Of a stretch of 64,000 nucleotides of DNA, positions 62,996 through 64,000 are shown piece by piece (position 1 is the first letter of the stretch; each line of letters begins with the position of its first letter). A model generated the notes under the pieces. It was not told where the DNA came from. It saw only the letters and a list, made by a program, of their open reading frames with translations, and searched no databases. Both the position numbers and the translations under genes were made by a program. Source of the stretch: Sminthopsis crassicaudata (lineage: Eukaryota); contig NC_133617.1 of assembly GCF_048593235.1 (NCBI RefSeq), forward strand, positions 382,482,067 to 382,546,066, in the 5' to 3' direction.

Positions 62996-64000
62996 CCAAT
63001 GTGTGAGTTTAGCTAGCAGACTTAAATAAAATGAATCTGTTGGTTTCAGCTCAGTGCTTTGGGAGAGGGGGGGAACCTAAATCATTATTTGTCATGATTG
63101 GCACCTCTGAGCTGCATAAACTAAATTTAGATTACTTGGCTGTATCTCCTTAATCAGAAAAAGAGAGCAAATTCAGTACAAAAGAAATTCAGTAGCTGAG
63201 TAAAGCAGAAGCAATTTGCATGCCATAATATCATCTAATCCATAGCTCCTAACATGCTAACTATTTTTTTTTACTATGATGATCTACACAATCCATATCA
63301 AAAGAATATGTGCTTTTATTTCCAATAGTGAGCTTAGATTGCATAAATCCATCCTCTTACTGAATTATCCCAATTACCAAGTTTATATGGCAGCTAGTCA
63401 GAATCAAAGGTGCAGTCTATAGGTATTTGCCTAAACTTCATATTCAGTCATTTCACTGGGGTATCCATCCTTTCCCTACCCAATTTTAAGATTATCTACA
63501 ACATTCTTGTGTACATATGTTTGTAAATTATAATAGAAGTATTTCCCAGTGCACTTCAGTCATTTTGACTTGTCCACAGATTTGGAAGATAGCTATTCAA
63601 TGTTACTTATTAACTATGCCCAGTAAAGTATTATTATCCCCATTCCACAAATGAAAAAACAATAGTCAAGCCTATTCAGTGATTTCGCCTGGATCATATG
63701 GCTAGTAAGGGATAGAAGATTAAATGATCCTTTTCAAGGACTCCATACTGCCATAGTATCATTTTGTACAGGTTCTTTTGCAGTGTGCAAATTACAGGTG
63801 ACCCTTACAAATGCAAATCCTCTCCACATTAAATAACTTAGTCCTTTTAATCACCAGATCTTCAGAAGATCAGGGTCACTTTTTCTGTTCTTTTACTCCT
63901 TTCCTGAAGCTCTGTGGACCCTATTCAACAACTCTTCATATCTCAAGTCTAGGGGTCCACCCCTTATTCCTCTATCTCCCCAGCAGCAGGCAGCATTAAA

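Noticed and set aside
56225-64000. NARS1 3' exons, expected upstream of FECH from human synteny
   Set aside because: No asparaginyl-tRNA synthetase-like coding sequence was seen; it probably lies beyond the window.

Overview
This is AT-rich, CpG-depleted marsupial genomic DNA. WSINE1/Mar1-type SINEs, marsupial L1 3' ends and OposCharlie1-like hAT MITEs point to an Australian marsupial, probably a dasyurid; this is inferred from repeat content only. The window holds one protein-coding gene: ferrochelatase (FECH) on the minus strand, from a CpG-island promoter and start codon at 55598 to the stop at 12870. Ten of the 11 expected coding exons were read by hand. All have GT-AG boundaries and consistent phases, and the active-site SAHSLP and SDHIETLYE motifs and the four [2Fe-2S] cysteines are intact. 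The 60-nt exon 10 is not in the called bases and most likely lies in the N-gap at 13462-13590. The rest is introns and intergenic DNA full of SINE, L1, L2, L3, LTR and hAT elements. The ORF-track hits are FECH exon pieces, L1 ORF2 debris, or noise from repeats and low-complexity sequence. I see no RNA gene, CRISPR array or second coding gene, and no convincing evidence of a wholly new biological system. The best leads are: a conserved pyrimidine-poor intron-3 acceptor that lacks the human protoporphyria cryptic AG; AAG at the position of eutherian Met1; two copies of a horizontally transferred OC1-like transposon, one in the promoter; a promoter G-quadruplex; a GATA cluster about 7 kb upstream; several strong CTCF motifs; and an H/ACA-like double hairpin in intron 6. 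Comparisons with human sequence and repeat-family names are from memory and need checking by alignment.
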